A DNA stretch of 64,000 nt from the human T2T-CHM13v2.0 reference genome, Homo sapiens, in the NCBI RefSeq assembly GCF_009914755.1, contig NC_060930.1; one strand, written 5' to 3'. Positions within the stretch are counted from its first letter, which is position 1. The number at the start of each line of letters is the position of its first letter. The notes under the pieces were generated by a model, which saw nothing but the letters and a program-made list of their open reading frames with translations, had not been told where the DNA came from and did not search any database. Shown in pieces: positions 23,885 to 38,570 of this stretch. The position numbers were made by a program, and so were the translations under genes.

Positions 23885-26720
23885 TCTGTTCTCTATTTCT
23901 CTTTCTTTGTGAAAGTTTTGAGGCTGTTATTGTTAGGTACATTAAAATTTTGTCTCTTTGATCAATTGAAATTTTTAGGTGAAATGACCCACTTTATCTC
24001 AAGAAGAGCTTTGTGTCTTAGAATCTATTTTCTATTTGTATTTGTAGTTTATATAGCCAAACCATCTTTCTTTTGATTAGTTCTTATTAGATGCATCTTT
24101 CTCTTATCTTTTGTGATGTTTTCCTTTGTCGTTTAACATTCAAACTTTCTTCATTTGTGTTTTAGCTGTGTCTTTCATTCAGTTTAAGATCTTCCTGATT
24201 CTTGGTAAGGTGAGTGATCTTTGACTGAAACCTGTACATTTTGGGTATTATGAGATTCTGGGTATTATTTAAAACTTCTGTTTTAACAGGTCTTTTCTGG
24301 CAGTGTTCTGACAACAGAAGTGGGGGTGAGGTTGAGACAGCCTTGTTACTGCAGAGTGGGGAGTGAGAGTGGAATTTCAGGTTCCCCATTTGGCTTTTGT
24401 TTAACACTCAAGGATGGGTGTTCCTTGTTATTGCTGGGCAAGAGTGAGGGTTCTGGCTCCCTGTTACCCTACACTGGTACCTCCATGGCTGGGGGGTATA
24501 GGAGTGCCTCTTTACTACTCCCCACATCTAGGGAAATGGGTGATGGTGAAAATCTTGACTGTCTGCTAAGACTCACTTACACCATCCCAGTGGGGGTGGG
24601 AAAGGGTGCTTTGGTACTGTAGGTTGGGGATGGAATTCCAGGCTCCCCGTGTGGTTTCTGATGACACCACAGAGTGGGTGATTCCCTGTTTGTTGTTATC
24701 TGACACCACTCTTGCAGAGTGGGAGGCTGGAGTGCCATATTACCTTTATTATAGCCCAATAAGGGTGGAATTCTAGGCTCCCCACAAGTCCTTTGCTGGC
24801 ATGGGTAGGGCCACAGTGTTTTCTGTAGTGTTTGTCTGGACTTGAACAGTTACTCTCTAAAAGTTTTCGCCCTGCTAGGCTGCTCCTTTCTTTGTCCTTT
24901 GGCTAGAGCAAGCGGTATTTTTGTTGTTGTTATTTGCACTTTTAGTGTTTTCCAATTGCTAGCTTCTTTGGCAAGAAATCTGAGATATATGAAAGAAAAA
25001 GAAAACCTAGGGAGCTCTCTATTGTGTTGTCCTGGGGTCTTGAGGTCCCTAGTTGTTCTGCCTTTTTCTTTCCACTGTATAGGATCATCTTATGCTTGTT
25101 TTATATTTAATGCCCAAACTTTTTAGTTGCACTTAGTAGGACAAGGAAGGGAAAGTAAGTCTACTCCATCTTCCTGGAAGAGAAAGTCTCCAACCTGCCT
25201 TTTATAAACGCATTTAGCTTTTGTTTTTTCAAAATCCATTTTGAAGATGTGTGTTGTAAATGAAGCATTTAGTCCTTTTACATTTAATGTAATTACTGAT
25301 GCAACTGTATATACTGTACTGTCTTATTTTGGGCTTTCTGTTTGTTGCCTCTCTTATGTGTTTCTCTTCCTCTTTGTATTTCCTAAGATTAATTTTTCTC
25401 CTTTGTTTTTTCATCTACCTGTTTAGAAATTATATACTTCACTTCTATTATTTTTTGTAATGACAATATACATGCTTAACTTAACAAAAAAAGACCTTAG
25501 ATGTGTTAATCCTATTCACCCTTCTCTTTGTTAATTTTTTTTTGGTGATTGTCTATTTTAATTGTCTTATTTACTGTATAACACATTGTTATTGTAGTTT
25601 CAAATAATTAATGTTTATTTGACTGTGTTCATCAGTTTCTGTGTACCTCATTTCTTCTTAGTGATCAGGCCATCCCTCTAGGATCACTTGCCTTCTTCCT
25701 GAAATGCATCCATCTATGTCTCACTCTGGACTCCAAGTAGACATAAGTAATACTTTCTCATTTTAATTGTTTATGTCTCTTAAGTTTTGTTTTCTACCAC
25801 TTTATCTTTCTGTGCTACCTTTAGCCTGGGTAAATTCTTCACATCTGTCTGCCAGTTACAAGTTGTCTCTTTATCATTTATTTGCTGTTAAACCTATCCA
25901 CTGTGTTTTGAAATTTCACTCATTTTATTTGGTTTCTAGAAATTATATTTGGTTGGTTTTACATATGATTTTCCTATCATGCATATATTTGTTCTGGCTT
26001 AAAAAATTTTAAAACATATTAAACATCATCATTTCATGGTCTGTGTCTGTTGTCTGAATGAAGTCCTTTTGGATTTCATGTTCTTTCTGCCGGCTCTCAA
26101 GCATGGTGCCTCTTTTCCTTTTGTTTTTAGTTAATATTTGTGAGCTGATGATTTCTGTGAAATAAGGGCAATTTCTTTTGAGAAGATTTTTATTTGCTTT
26201 TGTCTGACAGCTAGGGGCAATTCCATTCCAGGTTAACTAATTTTAATTATTAATTTGAAGCTTTTCCAAACACTGAGGCAGTGTGCGTTTGTTCTGTGGA
26301 CATTTGCGAGGGTTTGGCTTGAGGTTCTAAATTCTCCATGAAGATTTTTCCCCCTCTATTTTGAGATAGGCAAATTTTCTTGAAGGCCTCTGGGGTTGAG
26401 GGGCAGAGCATTCTTTTTGGTTGCCTATTACACTTAAGTTTTGCCTCTCTGGGGTTACAGCTCCTAAAATCTCACAAGTCTAAAATTGAAGCTTAAATAT
26501 ACTTAGGCAGATGACCTCAGCATAAAATAAGGCTTCAGTATTCTGCTTACTTCTTTGAGTTCTCGTTCTTAATTAGGATTTTTTTTTTCTGCTTGAGATT
26601 TTTTTTTCATTCTAGCCAGCTCATTGTTCCTTTTAGAATGTTTAAAAATATTTATTATAGCTAGGATGATTGGTTATTTTCAACAAAAGATTGTTCCAGA
26701 TGCTTAACTCAATGTATTAC
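23885..26720 (-). mobile_element. Ancient L1M 5'/ORF1/ORF2-start remnant, interrupted at about 24140-25190
   Basis: Minus strand near 25260-25300 reads SVITLNVKGLN, the L1 endonuclease N-terminal motif. Confidence 0.7.
24140..25189 (-). mobile_element. L1MD/MC-type 5' end fragment
   Basis: Ends in tactccatcttcctggaagagaaagtc (antisense of an L1M 5' terminus); GC-richer 5'UTR body. Confidence 0.6.
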
Positions 26721-27918
26721 AAAAACAGCAGCAAAACCATATTTGAATCTGAACTATAGGAATTATATTGGCCGTATTTGAAGTATATTTGTATTGTTCT
26801 TTTCATTGGTTTGGATTTTTCTTTATTTTTTCCGTCTTAGCTTATGTTGATCCCTTCAGTTATTTTTCTTTTTCTTTTTATTTGTCTACTTAAAGCCCAC
26901 CAATTCTAATACATAAATGTTCTATGTAGGTATTTCTTATGTCTGGGACTATGTCATAGTACCTGAAGAGCCAAGACAGTTATTTTTGTCTCTTTGATTC
27001 CCAAAAAATCTTTGATTCAAAATATATTTGGCTAAGGAGTGTCTTCCAGAAGGTTATAATAGTATTGTTTAAATAATATTGCTAAGCCGTGATAGCATTT
27101 ACTTAAAAAAGTAATACAGCATTTTAAAAGATCAAAGTAAGTTGATTTAGTCTCCTCACTCAAGGAACTCTGAAAGAGTCGATTAAAATCTTAATTTGTA
27201 AATCTATAAAATCTGTTCATATGCAAACACTAGAAATATGTAGGTTTTACTTCACTATAAGAGTTTACAGAGGCATGAGATTTGTTCAACAACCTGAAGT
27301 ATGAGCCACTTAAACATAACTTAGATGCTTATGTTACTAGAAACTTGATATAACTTCTGAAAGGATGGTTATTCAAAAACTCATTCATCACTTAATGCCT
27401 AAAGTTCATTCATCATGAGTACTTTATGTAATTCTTAAAAAGAAAAAATAACTTTATCAGAGATTCAAATTTCTGCAAGGCACATTGTGATATGTCCATA
27501 TGGTGCATTTTGCAACTAACAAAAGAAGAAGGAAATAACATCCTAATCTGTTTCATTCATTCATCTGCTCTCTTTATGTCACTCAGGAGATTTTCAACAG
27601 AAGAGCTTCAGTGATGGTGGAAGCTGCAAAAATAATGTCCAGAATGCATTATTGGATGCAAATTTTAGAGAAGAGAGAGGAGCCTAAATATTTCTTCCTG
27701 TTTTGCTCTGCATGGCTAGGTCTATGTTCCTATCAGAAAGGGAGAGAGGTTTTCTCATAATATTTTCTATAGGAAAAAACAAAACAGGGGTTTTATTTTT
27801 TGCAGTGGAAGTCTCAGGTTAAAATACTAATTTAGAGTGTTTGGGGACAAACTCTTATAGAAAACGATATAGCTCAAAATATAGTAAGGCAATTGAATGA
27901 GCATAGTTCATCTAAACT

Positions 27919-28405
27919 AGCATGCCCATTAGAATATAATTCAAACCACATAGGAAATTTTAAATTATCAAATAGTCACATTAAAAAAGGTGAAAATAAA
28001 CAGATAAAACTGACTTTTGTACTATATAATTTTTGCCCAATGTACACAAAATATTATTTCAGGATGTGAACAACATAAACTATTAGTGAGATATTTTACA
28101 TTCTTTTTTTTTGTACTGAGTCTTCAAAACGCAATGTGTATTTTACCCTTACAGCACATCTTAATACTAATATCACAAATATTTTTCTGCATTTAGATTT
28201 CATAAAACATACAGCAGAAAAAGTAGATTTACATACCTGAGTTGTTCCAAAATTACTTAAAATTTCCCCAAAACTGAAAGCAATACCAGTTTTTAATTTA
28301 AATCTCAATTAAAATTAAAATTAAATAAGATCAAAATTATACTAGCCACATTTGAAGCATTCAAGAGCCCCCTGAGCTAGAGGCTCCTTTATTGAACATT
28401 ATAGC
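27919..28405. mobile_element. Charlie1b/MER33-related hAT element
   Basis: cccattagaatataattcaaaccacat...ttacagcacatcttaat...ctagccacatttgaagcattcaa. Confidence 0.8.
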
Positions 28406-30439
28406 TCTGAGCCAGTGTTAGATCTGAGAAACGAAACCTTATTTAGTACATACAAAAGATGTTTAGACTAATGTTTTGATAATGACTTGGCAAACTTAAT
28501 ATAACTTATATAAAATTGCATAATTTATATCAAGTATATGACAAGTCATGCAGCAATTTTTATGGTGATCTTGTCCTCAAGTCTAAAAGTTCTATGTCTA
28601 ATTTTGGCAGGAGCATAGAGGCAGCCACTTGTTCTAGATTTGCTATTTTCAGGCTAATCAGAGTCAGAGCTCATAGTCAGCAACAACAAAGCGAAATCTA
28701 TATTAGGTGTGGGGCCTGGGTCAAAACCTCGGAGGTCAGGGTCCAGGGTGGGGTGAGGCAGTGGCAAAGAAGCCACAGAGAAAAGGGGCTTGCCTTTCAC
28801 CCCAGAAATACTAAGGCTCAGAATGGTGTTAACCCCTAATTTCTAACTAGCCTGCTACACTGTACTGTCAGGTCTGTGAAGCTAGCTGGTAGGCAACCCG
28901 GCAATCAGTATTGTTTATTAACAAATTGATTAATGAAACAAATAAACATATTGTACCTCCCAGGCTTCATGTTGGAGGTGACTTACCTAGAATCACCAGA
29001 TAAGATATTTTGATATTGCATCTCTGCAGATAAAATTTTGAATGACAGAAGAGAATACACATCTGCTAAAATTCCCAATTTGTTTAACCAAGGCTACATA
29101 ACATAACCTCATGGAGTGGGGTTACTATATGGAGCAGCAGCAGAAGCAACATATTTTGCATAGCTTTTGCCTTGCCCCTTTTTTTACATGAGGTATGCTG
29201 CAGCTGGTGATAATTTCTTCTCAGCTAAGATCTTGCCAAAGTGAAAATGAAGGTGGGTTTTTTATAAGCCACTGTTCTTTTTACTGGGGCTTATAAAACT
29301 ATTTTAGAAGAATTACACTAACAATGTTGGCACTTCCATTTAAAAAATGTCTAAAAACATTAGCCAGTCATTTTCAGTTCTTGAACCAATCTAATGTCAA
29401 CAAGTCCCCTTCCTTGCCAGGGCCCAGGTAACTCTGCATATATTCTGCTCTCTCAGTGAACTGGAAAGTCCATCTCCCCATAGATATGTTGCCCAATTTT
29501 GTTGATGTTGTTCCTCTCAGTAATTTCTCTTTATCCTTTGACTAGAATATGGAATGAAAATATGGGGAAAGAAGGTGGCAGAGAGCCTTAATTGACAAAG
29601 ATCCCATTTCCATCACCTAGCAGAATGGGCACTCAAAATATAAAGTAAATTAAGCCATAAAAGAAAATTATTTCTCTTGAACACCTAAGATTGTTGACTT
29701 AAGATTAACCATACTTGTTACAAGTGGTAGCCTGTCCAGAATTTCTAAGAATCCTCATTGTCACCCATCTCTGAACCATAGACTTATTATAAACCTGAGT
29801 CCAAAGTCACCTAGAGGCAATGGATGTTATTCCGTGAGGGATTTCATGTGTGACAGATGAGGGGGACTTAGGGGGTCACTACAGATTTCAGTGAAAATTT
29901 TAGTATGAAATGTCCTAGATTTCCCTTTCAAAGGAATTCGTAGATATAGGAGAACTGGCAAAAAGAAGGAATGTAGAAGGTGATTTTTAAGGCTATCATG
30001 GACTCTGAATTTCTAAAATAGCTAAATCTCTTCCTGGCAAAAGAAGAATCCTTCTAGCAGTGTCAGCTAAACTGCTCCTCGCCGCCCATTGAATCTGCTG
30101 TAAGCATACCAGCCTGCATATATGGGGAGAGGCATTCATTTTATGATATGTTTTTTCATTTCCAGAAATTATTTTTAAACGTGTTCTTCCTCCACTTAAA
30201 ATAGAATTTGTAAAGCATTCACTGCCACAGGACAAAGCACCAAAACACAGAAAGGAAACTTGGGATTTTTAAAATCTAGGCTATTGAATGTCAAAAGTCA
30301 AGACTGCATAGTAGGTCCTGACCAAACAACAGATTCAGAAGAATATGCATTTTATTAATAAGAACTGTTTTTCCCAACCTAAAATCTAGATACATTTTTC
30401 CAAATGAGAGGCAAGGGTAAGAGGCAAAGGTATCTGTAG

Positions 30440-31420
<981 letters not shown>

Positions 31421-33354
31421 ATACTCACCCAACAACCCCCACACTCTAACACTTTCTGGTGTAATCTTTATTACTTGAAAAGAAGCCATTTTATACATAG
31501 GAGGAGAAAAAAATGGAAAAATGTTGCCAGTCCTCCCTACCCCAGCCCCAAACACACTTTGCTGGTTTTCCATGAAAATACATGGATTTGTGGGCTGATT
31601 TTGTCTATATAAAACCCCCAGGTCTGATTCAGTATCTGCTCTTGGCAGATCAATCTTTCTGTTTGCTGCCTGCCTTCTCCATGAGTCACTGGTAGAATTT
31701 TTTGTGGCTTTAGGAGAGGCCTCTCATAATTCAAGTCCAAACGATGAATACCTCAGTCTTTCTATATACTGGAATTGTCTCATGCTACCGTTTCCGGACA
31801 TTTTTACAGCTCTGCTTCTTGAACTGTTTCTCGTCATGAAGTTTCCTAAACACATCTCAAAAAAGGATCTCCCATTCTTAATGAATTTTCTGCTTCTAGA
31901 ATAAACTTGATTTAGTTAAGACAGATAATGTTTCTCATTCTTTTTCCCTTGTAGTAACTTCTTGTTTAGGTACGTTTGAATTCTACATATAAAGAGCACA
32001 TGCTAACAAATTATTACTAAATCTATTGATTCAATATCTGAATGCAATATTTAAAAAATAAGATAGACTATTTAGAAAATAAATGAGGATTAGAAGTCAC
32101 GCCATTTTCTAGTATATTATGGAGGAACATTTTATCTGAATGAAAGAGTTCTTGAGCCCAATGGCTCAAGTGGATGCATCAGAAGCCTTAAAGGTAATCA
32201 AATGGATTCTGACGCTTATGAAAAGTTGACTTCTAGAGAACAGAATGCCCTTTGCTGGCTCACTGATAAGGCAAAACTAGTAACTATCAAAAGCATTCCC
32301 TGCCTGTGCAATCCTTTGTATTTCCTCCATGCCTTATTTTGACCTTTTTGCCCCTAGGGAATAATACATTTAAGAACTAACATCATTTTACAAAAGGACA
32401 GAGCCATTTCTCTTCTTTTTATGCACAAATTCAGTTACCAATATATTCAGAACACAAATAACTGACCCTGAAAATAGAAAAAAACAATCTTTTAAAATCT
32501 TTCATAGTATTAACTATTTGTGTATTACACAGAAGTGTGTCTTTCAATGCATATAACAATGTTGTCATTCATTTGAGCTCTGGAAGGAAAGGATTATGTC
32601 TCCTTCATGCGATTTGTAAAATACCTAAACATCGTATTTTACCTCTACTTGAATTAAAATATAACTTAGTGATGACATTATGCTTGGATACATTAATGAT
32701 ATTTAATACTGCATTGAATAATAATGGGTATTTACCTGTCAAATACAGACCATGTCTCTTTGTTTGATCACCATTTCTACACAAGTTAATAATTAGGATG
32801 ATTTTTCTATCTTTTCTTTGCAGAAATTGCCTTCAAGCCTTAGCTAAATCTTTAGCTGTATCTTGTGCACTGTGACATAGTCTATGGCACTGGAGTCTGA
32901 CCATTATAGTATTTGCCAAGCAGACACAAAGGTTAATTGAAAATCTGTAATAGCTACAATACTACACGGACAAAATCCTCATAGCTATTTTCTTCATTTA
33001 TAAAGGCTTGAGCCTGTCTTACCATTAATGTCAGAAGCACAAATGATTCCTCTGAATGGGATTTTAGAGCACAGCAATCTGCAAAGAGGAAAGAGTTGAT
33101 GCATGTGGATTGCTTTCCAGGAGGTATGCAATTCCTTTCACAGGCTTACTTCAAAAACGCCTTCCTTACATTTGCTTACAACAGATAAATATGTACTAAT
33201 AGTGGAGAAAGAAATCAATTGTAAGACTAATGTAAGGTATAAGTAAGTCACATTTAGGTTATCTTGCAAATCATCAACTTTTAATTAGGCCTTTCAGATG
33301 ATGTTCTAAGATGAATATTCAATTTTGTATGTGAGAACAAAAGGTGCCGTGACC

Positions 33355-33418
33355 AAAAAAAAAATAAATAAATAAAACAACGAAAAACAAAACAAAACAA
33401 AACAAAAAAACAAACAAC
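33355..33418. repeat. A-rich / (CAAAA)n simple repeat
   Basis: aaaaaaaaaataaataaataaaacaacgaaaaacaaaacaaaacaaaac. Confidence 0.9.
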
Positions 33419-33519
33419 AGAACTAAACTGAGAGCTCACAAATCTTGAGCCTTAGTGTTTTCATGATGTTTTCTCACATAATACTCGGAGAATTCACCCT
33501 CTGGGTTGAGACGGTCAAT

Positions 33520-33745
33520 TGAGACTTGAAAGGCTCTGATTTTGAGATTGTTTGCTTACTGACATTTGATCTTGGCTAAATCACAGAACCAGTTCTGCTT
33601 TATTTTCTCATGATAAAAGAAAGATGATCCTTGACACCTACTTAGCTCATGAGATGCCATTAGAGTACCTTTGATTAATGTGTTATTGAAGAACGTTTTT
33701 GATATCTTAAAAATCTAGGAAAAAGTCTCTATTACTGTTATGTTG
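33520..33745 (+). mobile_element. MIR remnant
   Basis: ttactgacatttgatcttggctaaatcac...ttttctcatgataaaag. Confidence 0.6.
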
Positions 33746-35219
33746 TTGCTATTGAGTTTTTGTGTATATAGGAAGAATTTATGTTAGGTCTATACTTGAC
33801 TCTATAATTCTTTGAAAATCACATGAACTACAATATACTCTTTGTTTTATAAAGAACAACTAATGTAGAATATATGAAGTCAGGAAGAATTGCCCCTTGT
33901 GGCAGTCCATTAATTAATCAAATATTTTTCTTATCCTTCTGCTTAAATTTGAAAAGTATTTGCTTCTTTTAAAATCCCTAACTAGTTCCTGTCATCAGTT
34001 TGAATTAGAGCCTTTAACTTCACAGTAGAGAAATTGCCATGTAAATACTTTAAGTTGTAAGTTACCATCTTAAGCCAACAAGTGATTATCCTTCACAGTA
34101 GAGCTACAAATGGTGTCTTAATTAATGAATATCTTAAGTGCCTTTCCCTGTTTCTGTGACCTAAAGGAAGAAGGCCTAAATAGATGAGATAATCTCTCAG
34201 AAAAGAAAAAAGGAAAACCGAATAAAATACATCTGAGAACTAATCTCAAGTGTGCTCAAGACAGTCTCTCAGTCATTCGATTCACCTTGCAATTTGAAAC
34301 ATTGTAATGCTTTTGTGCTATTACTGCCCATTTTGAGTGTTTCCTAAGATTTCCATTTCTTTTGTTACTACTTTACTGCTGAGAATTGCTTTATTCTGCG
34401 ATACTGAGATTATTTTTCATTGTGCTTTTCCTTACAACTTCATAACTGTAGAATTTGTTCCCCTCAGCAGAAACTAGTTCCTTGTTATTTTCCCATCTTC
34501 ACTTATTTCCAATATACTAGTCAGCCAGGCAACCAGTAAAATGAAAGGCCTGTTGGCATCATTATGTGTGAGAATTTCTATGGGAAAGATTTTCTTTCAC
34601 TCACTTTTTTTTATGGTGCCTAAGATGAGGACATGAGGCAAAAAACTCAAATTGGATTTTTAAAAATAAAAATATAGGAAAAGGCACCAGCTCACAAACA
34701 CAGGAGTCTAAAATGCCATCTTCATTCTCAGAACTGAGTATAGTTCTCAGATTGAATTCAAAGGGTTCTTCTTTTTGGGGTCAACTCAGCTTAGAGAATA
34801 GAAGGCATCATATGGAACAGGCTCTAAATCAATTATACCAATCAGAGTTTGTAGTGGAATGGTTTAGAAATAATAAAAATCTAGATTAACTGAGACCCAG
34901 TTAACTGGAACTTTCAATTATCCATTTTTTAGTCTGCTTTTTCTCTTTTAGAAGAATAGCTAAGTGATGATTAAACAAACTTATAAAGTTAAAAATCCTT
35001 TCTTTTGTTATAGTGGAGGAAAATAAGGCCTATGGCCTAATGATTACTACCCATTTTTCTGCCTAAATTCAAAGTTCTAGCAACTATCTCTTATTAGAGA
35101 TGTGTTAGAACAGGAAAACTCCTAATTTGAAGATATCAAAGATCATTATAAAGTCAGTCTACTTATCTATAATTTTACAGATATATCTGCCATACTGTAC
35201 AAAAGGGACTAGACAAGGT

Positions 35220-35590
35220 GCCAAGACTGGATTGAAGGTCTACCACTATCTAAGTGGCACTGGGCAAGTGACTTCCCTCCTGTATCTATCAAAGTCCTCG
35301 TCTGTAGAATAAGGTTGGTCCTATCCCTTTCAAACACTAAAATGATTTTTTGAATCTGGTAAGCACTGATCTTCAGAACGGTCACCCCACGGCACTGCCA
35401 GATTCTCAACAAAGATGAGTGATTTTTTTGATTCACAATAGTTATAATGTATCATGTGCCAGGGAAATTGCATACATCATCCTTTTTACAGAGAAAACAG
35501 CTCAGAGCGGCTAGATAACTGAACCCATGTTCACCTTGCCAGTTACAGCATCAGAATTGGGATAAGGACCCAGAGCTAAGTCTTTTTCAC
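35220..35590. mobile_element. Two MIR remnants (+ about 35220-35340; - about 35440-35590)
   Basis: ctgggcaagtgacttccctc...tcctcgtctgtagaat; tttttacagagaaaacagctcagag. Confidence 0.55.
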
Positions 35591-36214
35591 AAAATCAATA
35601 GATACATCCCAATGACTCTGTTGAATTTGAAATACTGAAATGGGAAATAAATATGAATGTAAACTAAAGATGTATTGAAATACCCATTAAAATCCCATGA
35701 ATTTGATCTGAAGTTTAGGGATTGCAGGAAATAGTGTAATTAATTCAACATAAATCAACGATACAATATAATGTGATAGGTTTTTAATAAACATTTATTC
35801 AGTTTCAAATATACAGTTATATAGTTTGAGCATCCAAATAGGTGTTACTGCTTCTAAATTATGATTACTTGCTTCATTGTTGTTTGGAATAGTCTTAGAG
35901 GATTTTATCTAAAGCCAACAACACATTTAAAAAAATGTACCAGTCTTGATGAAAAATTCTCATCTTTTGAAGATGACTTATATTTTGATATTGGTGAAAT
36001 GTTGATAAATCCCTTAAGAGAAAAGGCTATATCTTCCTTGTGTTATGTCTCACCATGCCTATCCTAGTGTCTTTTACTTTATAGACAGCCAGTAAACAAT
36101 TTTTAAAAATTTGATTTTTTTTTTTTTTTTTACCTTACTAAAGTGTGAGAACTTTGTAAAATTCTCACTTTTAATGGATTTATATGGCAGGGCAAGGAGA
36201 GTTGTTTGGGATAA

Positions 36215-36553
<339 letters not shown>

Positions 36554-36692
36554 AATATCCAGGAATATTCTTAAACCACTGTTAGCAACTACCAAAACTG
36601 AAGTACGTTTTGTCTGATATTTGTATCTGGATCCACAAAGGCAGGTTTCAGAGGCAAGAACAAATACTTGCCCCATAGAAAATGGGTTTCCT

Positions 36693-37105
36693 CAGCCTAA
36701 GTATGCAACAATGGATGAACAGATTTTGCAAATGTGATTTGTATACACAATGGAATCCTATTCGGCCTTTAAAAATCAGGAAATTCTGTCATTTGCAACA
36801 ACATGGATGAACCTAGAGGACATTATGTTAAGTGAAACAAGCCAGGCACAGAGACATGAATACTGTATGTTCTCACTTACGTGTGGAAGCTAAAAAAAAG
36901 TCAAACTGATAGAAGCAGAGAGTAGAACAGTGGTTCCAGGGGTGGTAGGGGCAGGGGATTGGGGAGTTGCGTGGAATATGGAATATGTAGAAAGAGGAGA
37001 TGCTGGTCAACAAGTACAAATTTATAGTTAGGAGCAATAAGTTCTGGGGTTCTATTGCACAACAAAATGACTATAGTTAATTAAAACGTATTGCATATTA
37101 ACAAA
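36693..37105 (+). mobile_element. L1MA (7/8-like) 3' fragment bounded by a perfect 16-bp TSD
   Basis: ggatgaacctagaggacattatgttaagtgaa; TSD agaaaatgggtttcct at 36677-92 and 37106-21. Confidence 0.9.
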
Positions 37106-38179
37106 AGAAAATGGGTTTCCTTTTTATTGGAAACATGAAAATAATACATTTACTATTTATATAGTCTTTTAGGTCACAGATGCATAGTGGGCCTTCTCAT
37201 TTTCCATGTGACTCATTAGATGAAAAGCGTGCAATAAAAAATTTAAATTAAAAATGGCTGTTTATGCCAGGAGGTTAGCTCACCTTGTGAAAATCCTAAG
37301 GATGACCTGAGGATGACTTGCCTTGTAAAAGCTGCACTTGTGGGTTCTACACCTGTTATGAATAGGCAGTGACTTTGTCTATCTGTGCTCAAATGTCATT
37401 CCCAGAAACAAGCTCATGTAGGCCACAGGACACCTGAGCAATTTAGACCTAGGCCTGAGGGACAAGACATTTTCTTTGATTTTACTTGATAACAGTCACT
37501 CCCCCTTTATTTTCTCGTGGGCAAAACAAACCCAAATGTATATTTTTTATGATGGTGTTTTAAACATTTCAAATTATTTATTGCAGGTCTGAAGGATTTT
37601 AAGTAAAGGTAGAACCCTCAGAGATCCCCATGATCCTAGAAGGACAAGAAGAATTTTTAGGGACAGAGGACACTACGTTATTTGCCACTAAAGGAGAATC
37701 ACATGATTATTTTGCAAACTGAAAAGTCATATGCTCATATTTTTCCTCTGGAAGAGTCCAAGCGTGGGTATAAGGCTCCCATTAAGGTTAATCTTTCTTA
37801 AACAGAGCTGGAAGGGTCAGAACTGCTGTGGCAGATAGGCAGATTCTGGGTGTTATTCCTCCTGCCTGTGAATCAGCACATTCTATTATGTTTGAAGGAA
37901 TCACATTTTGCTGCTCCTGCAGTCTTGCAGCATTTCCAATTAAAAGTGCCTGCTCTACTGAACAGGTTTTGTAAGTTTTCAAAAGACACTTTTGTGTTTA
38001 TTTTCCTTAATTTGTGTTTTTAAGGTCTTTTTTTTTATATTGCCTTTAGCAAAGTAGTAATATGGAATGCTTATGTATACTGCTGCCAAAGGGCTTATAG
38101 CAGGAGTACGTGGTTTCTTACACAAATAGATATGAAACATTTGTTGGAATCTAGGAAGTTTCACCTGGACCAAAGGCTT

Positions 38180-38570
38180 TTTGAGGGCAGTGTTTGGAGT
38201 GAAGGCATGTAGATTGGGGTGAACGTCGATCTAAGACAGATTTTAATAAGGAATTGGAAATATTGAAGTACAATTCAGGAGAGAGTAGGAGCTGAAGCTG
38301 GAAGGAGTGAAATAAAAGGAAGCAGTAACAGATAAAGGAGAATCTGAAATGAGCAGAGTGGAACTGAAAAGGCCAAATTGTGGGGAGACTTGGGCACCTA
38401 TCAGTGAATTGAGACATCTGGGGCTGACGAGATCTGACTCAGTCACTGCACTTATTTTCCCAGATGTTGCATTGGAACACAGGGACATTAAGGCATTTTC
38501 CCCAGATCATATGATTGAAGGATGATGGACTTGGGATTCAAAAGCAGGAGATCTGAAACAATTTTACTTT
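38180..38570 (-). mobile_element. L2 remnant
   Basis: Purine-rich antisense L2-like text, e.g. caattcaggagagagtaggagctgaag. Confidence 0.4.

Noticed and set aside
27588-27760. Acceptor-like site followed by a 57-codon open frame
   Set aside because: No recognisable protein and no good donor; resembles degraded L2
33355-33418. Orphan poly-A retroposition tail
   Set aside because: No flanking TSD or upstream retrocopy body found
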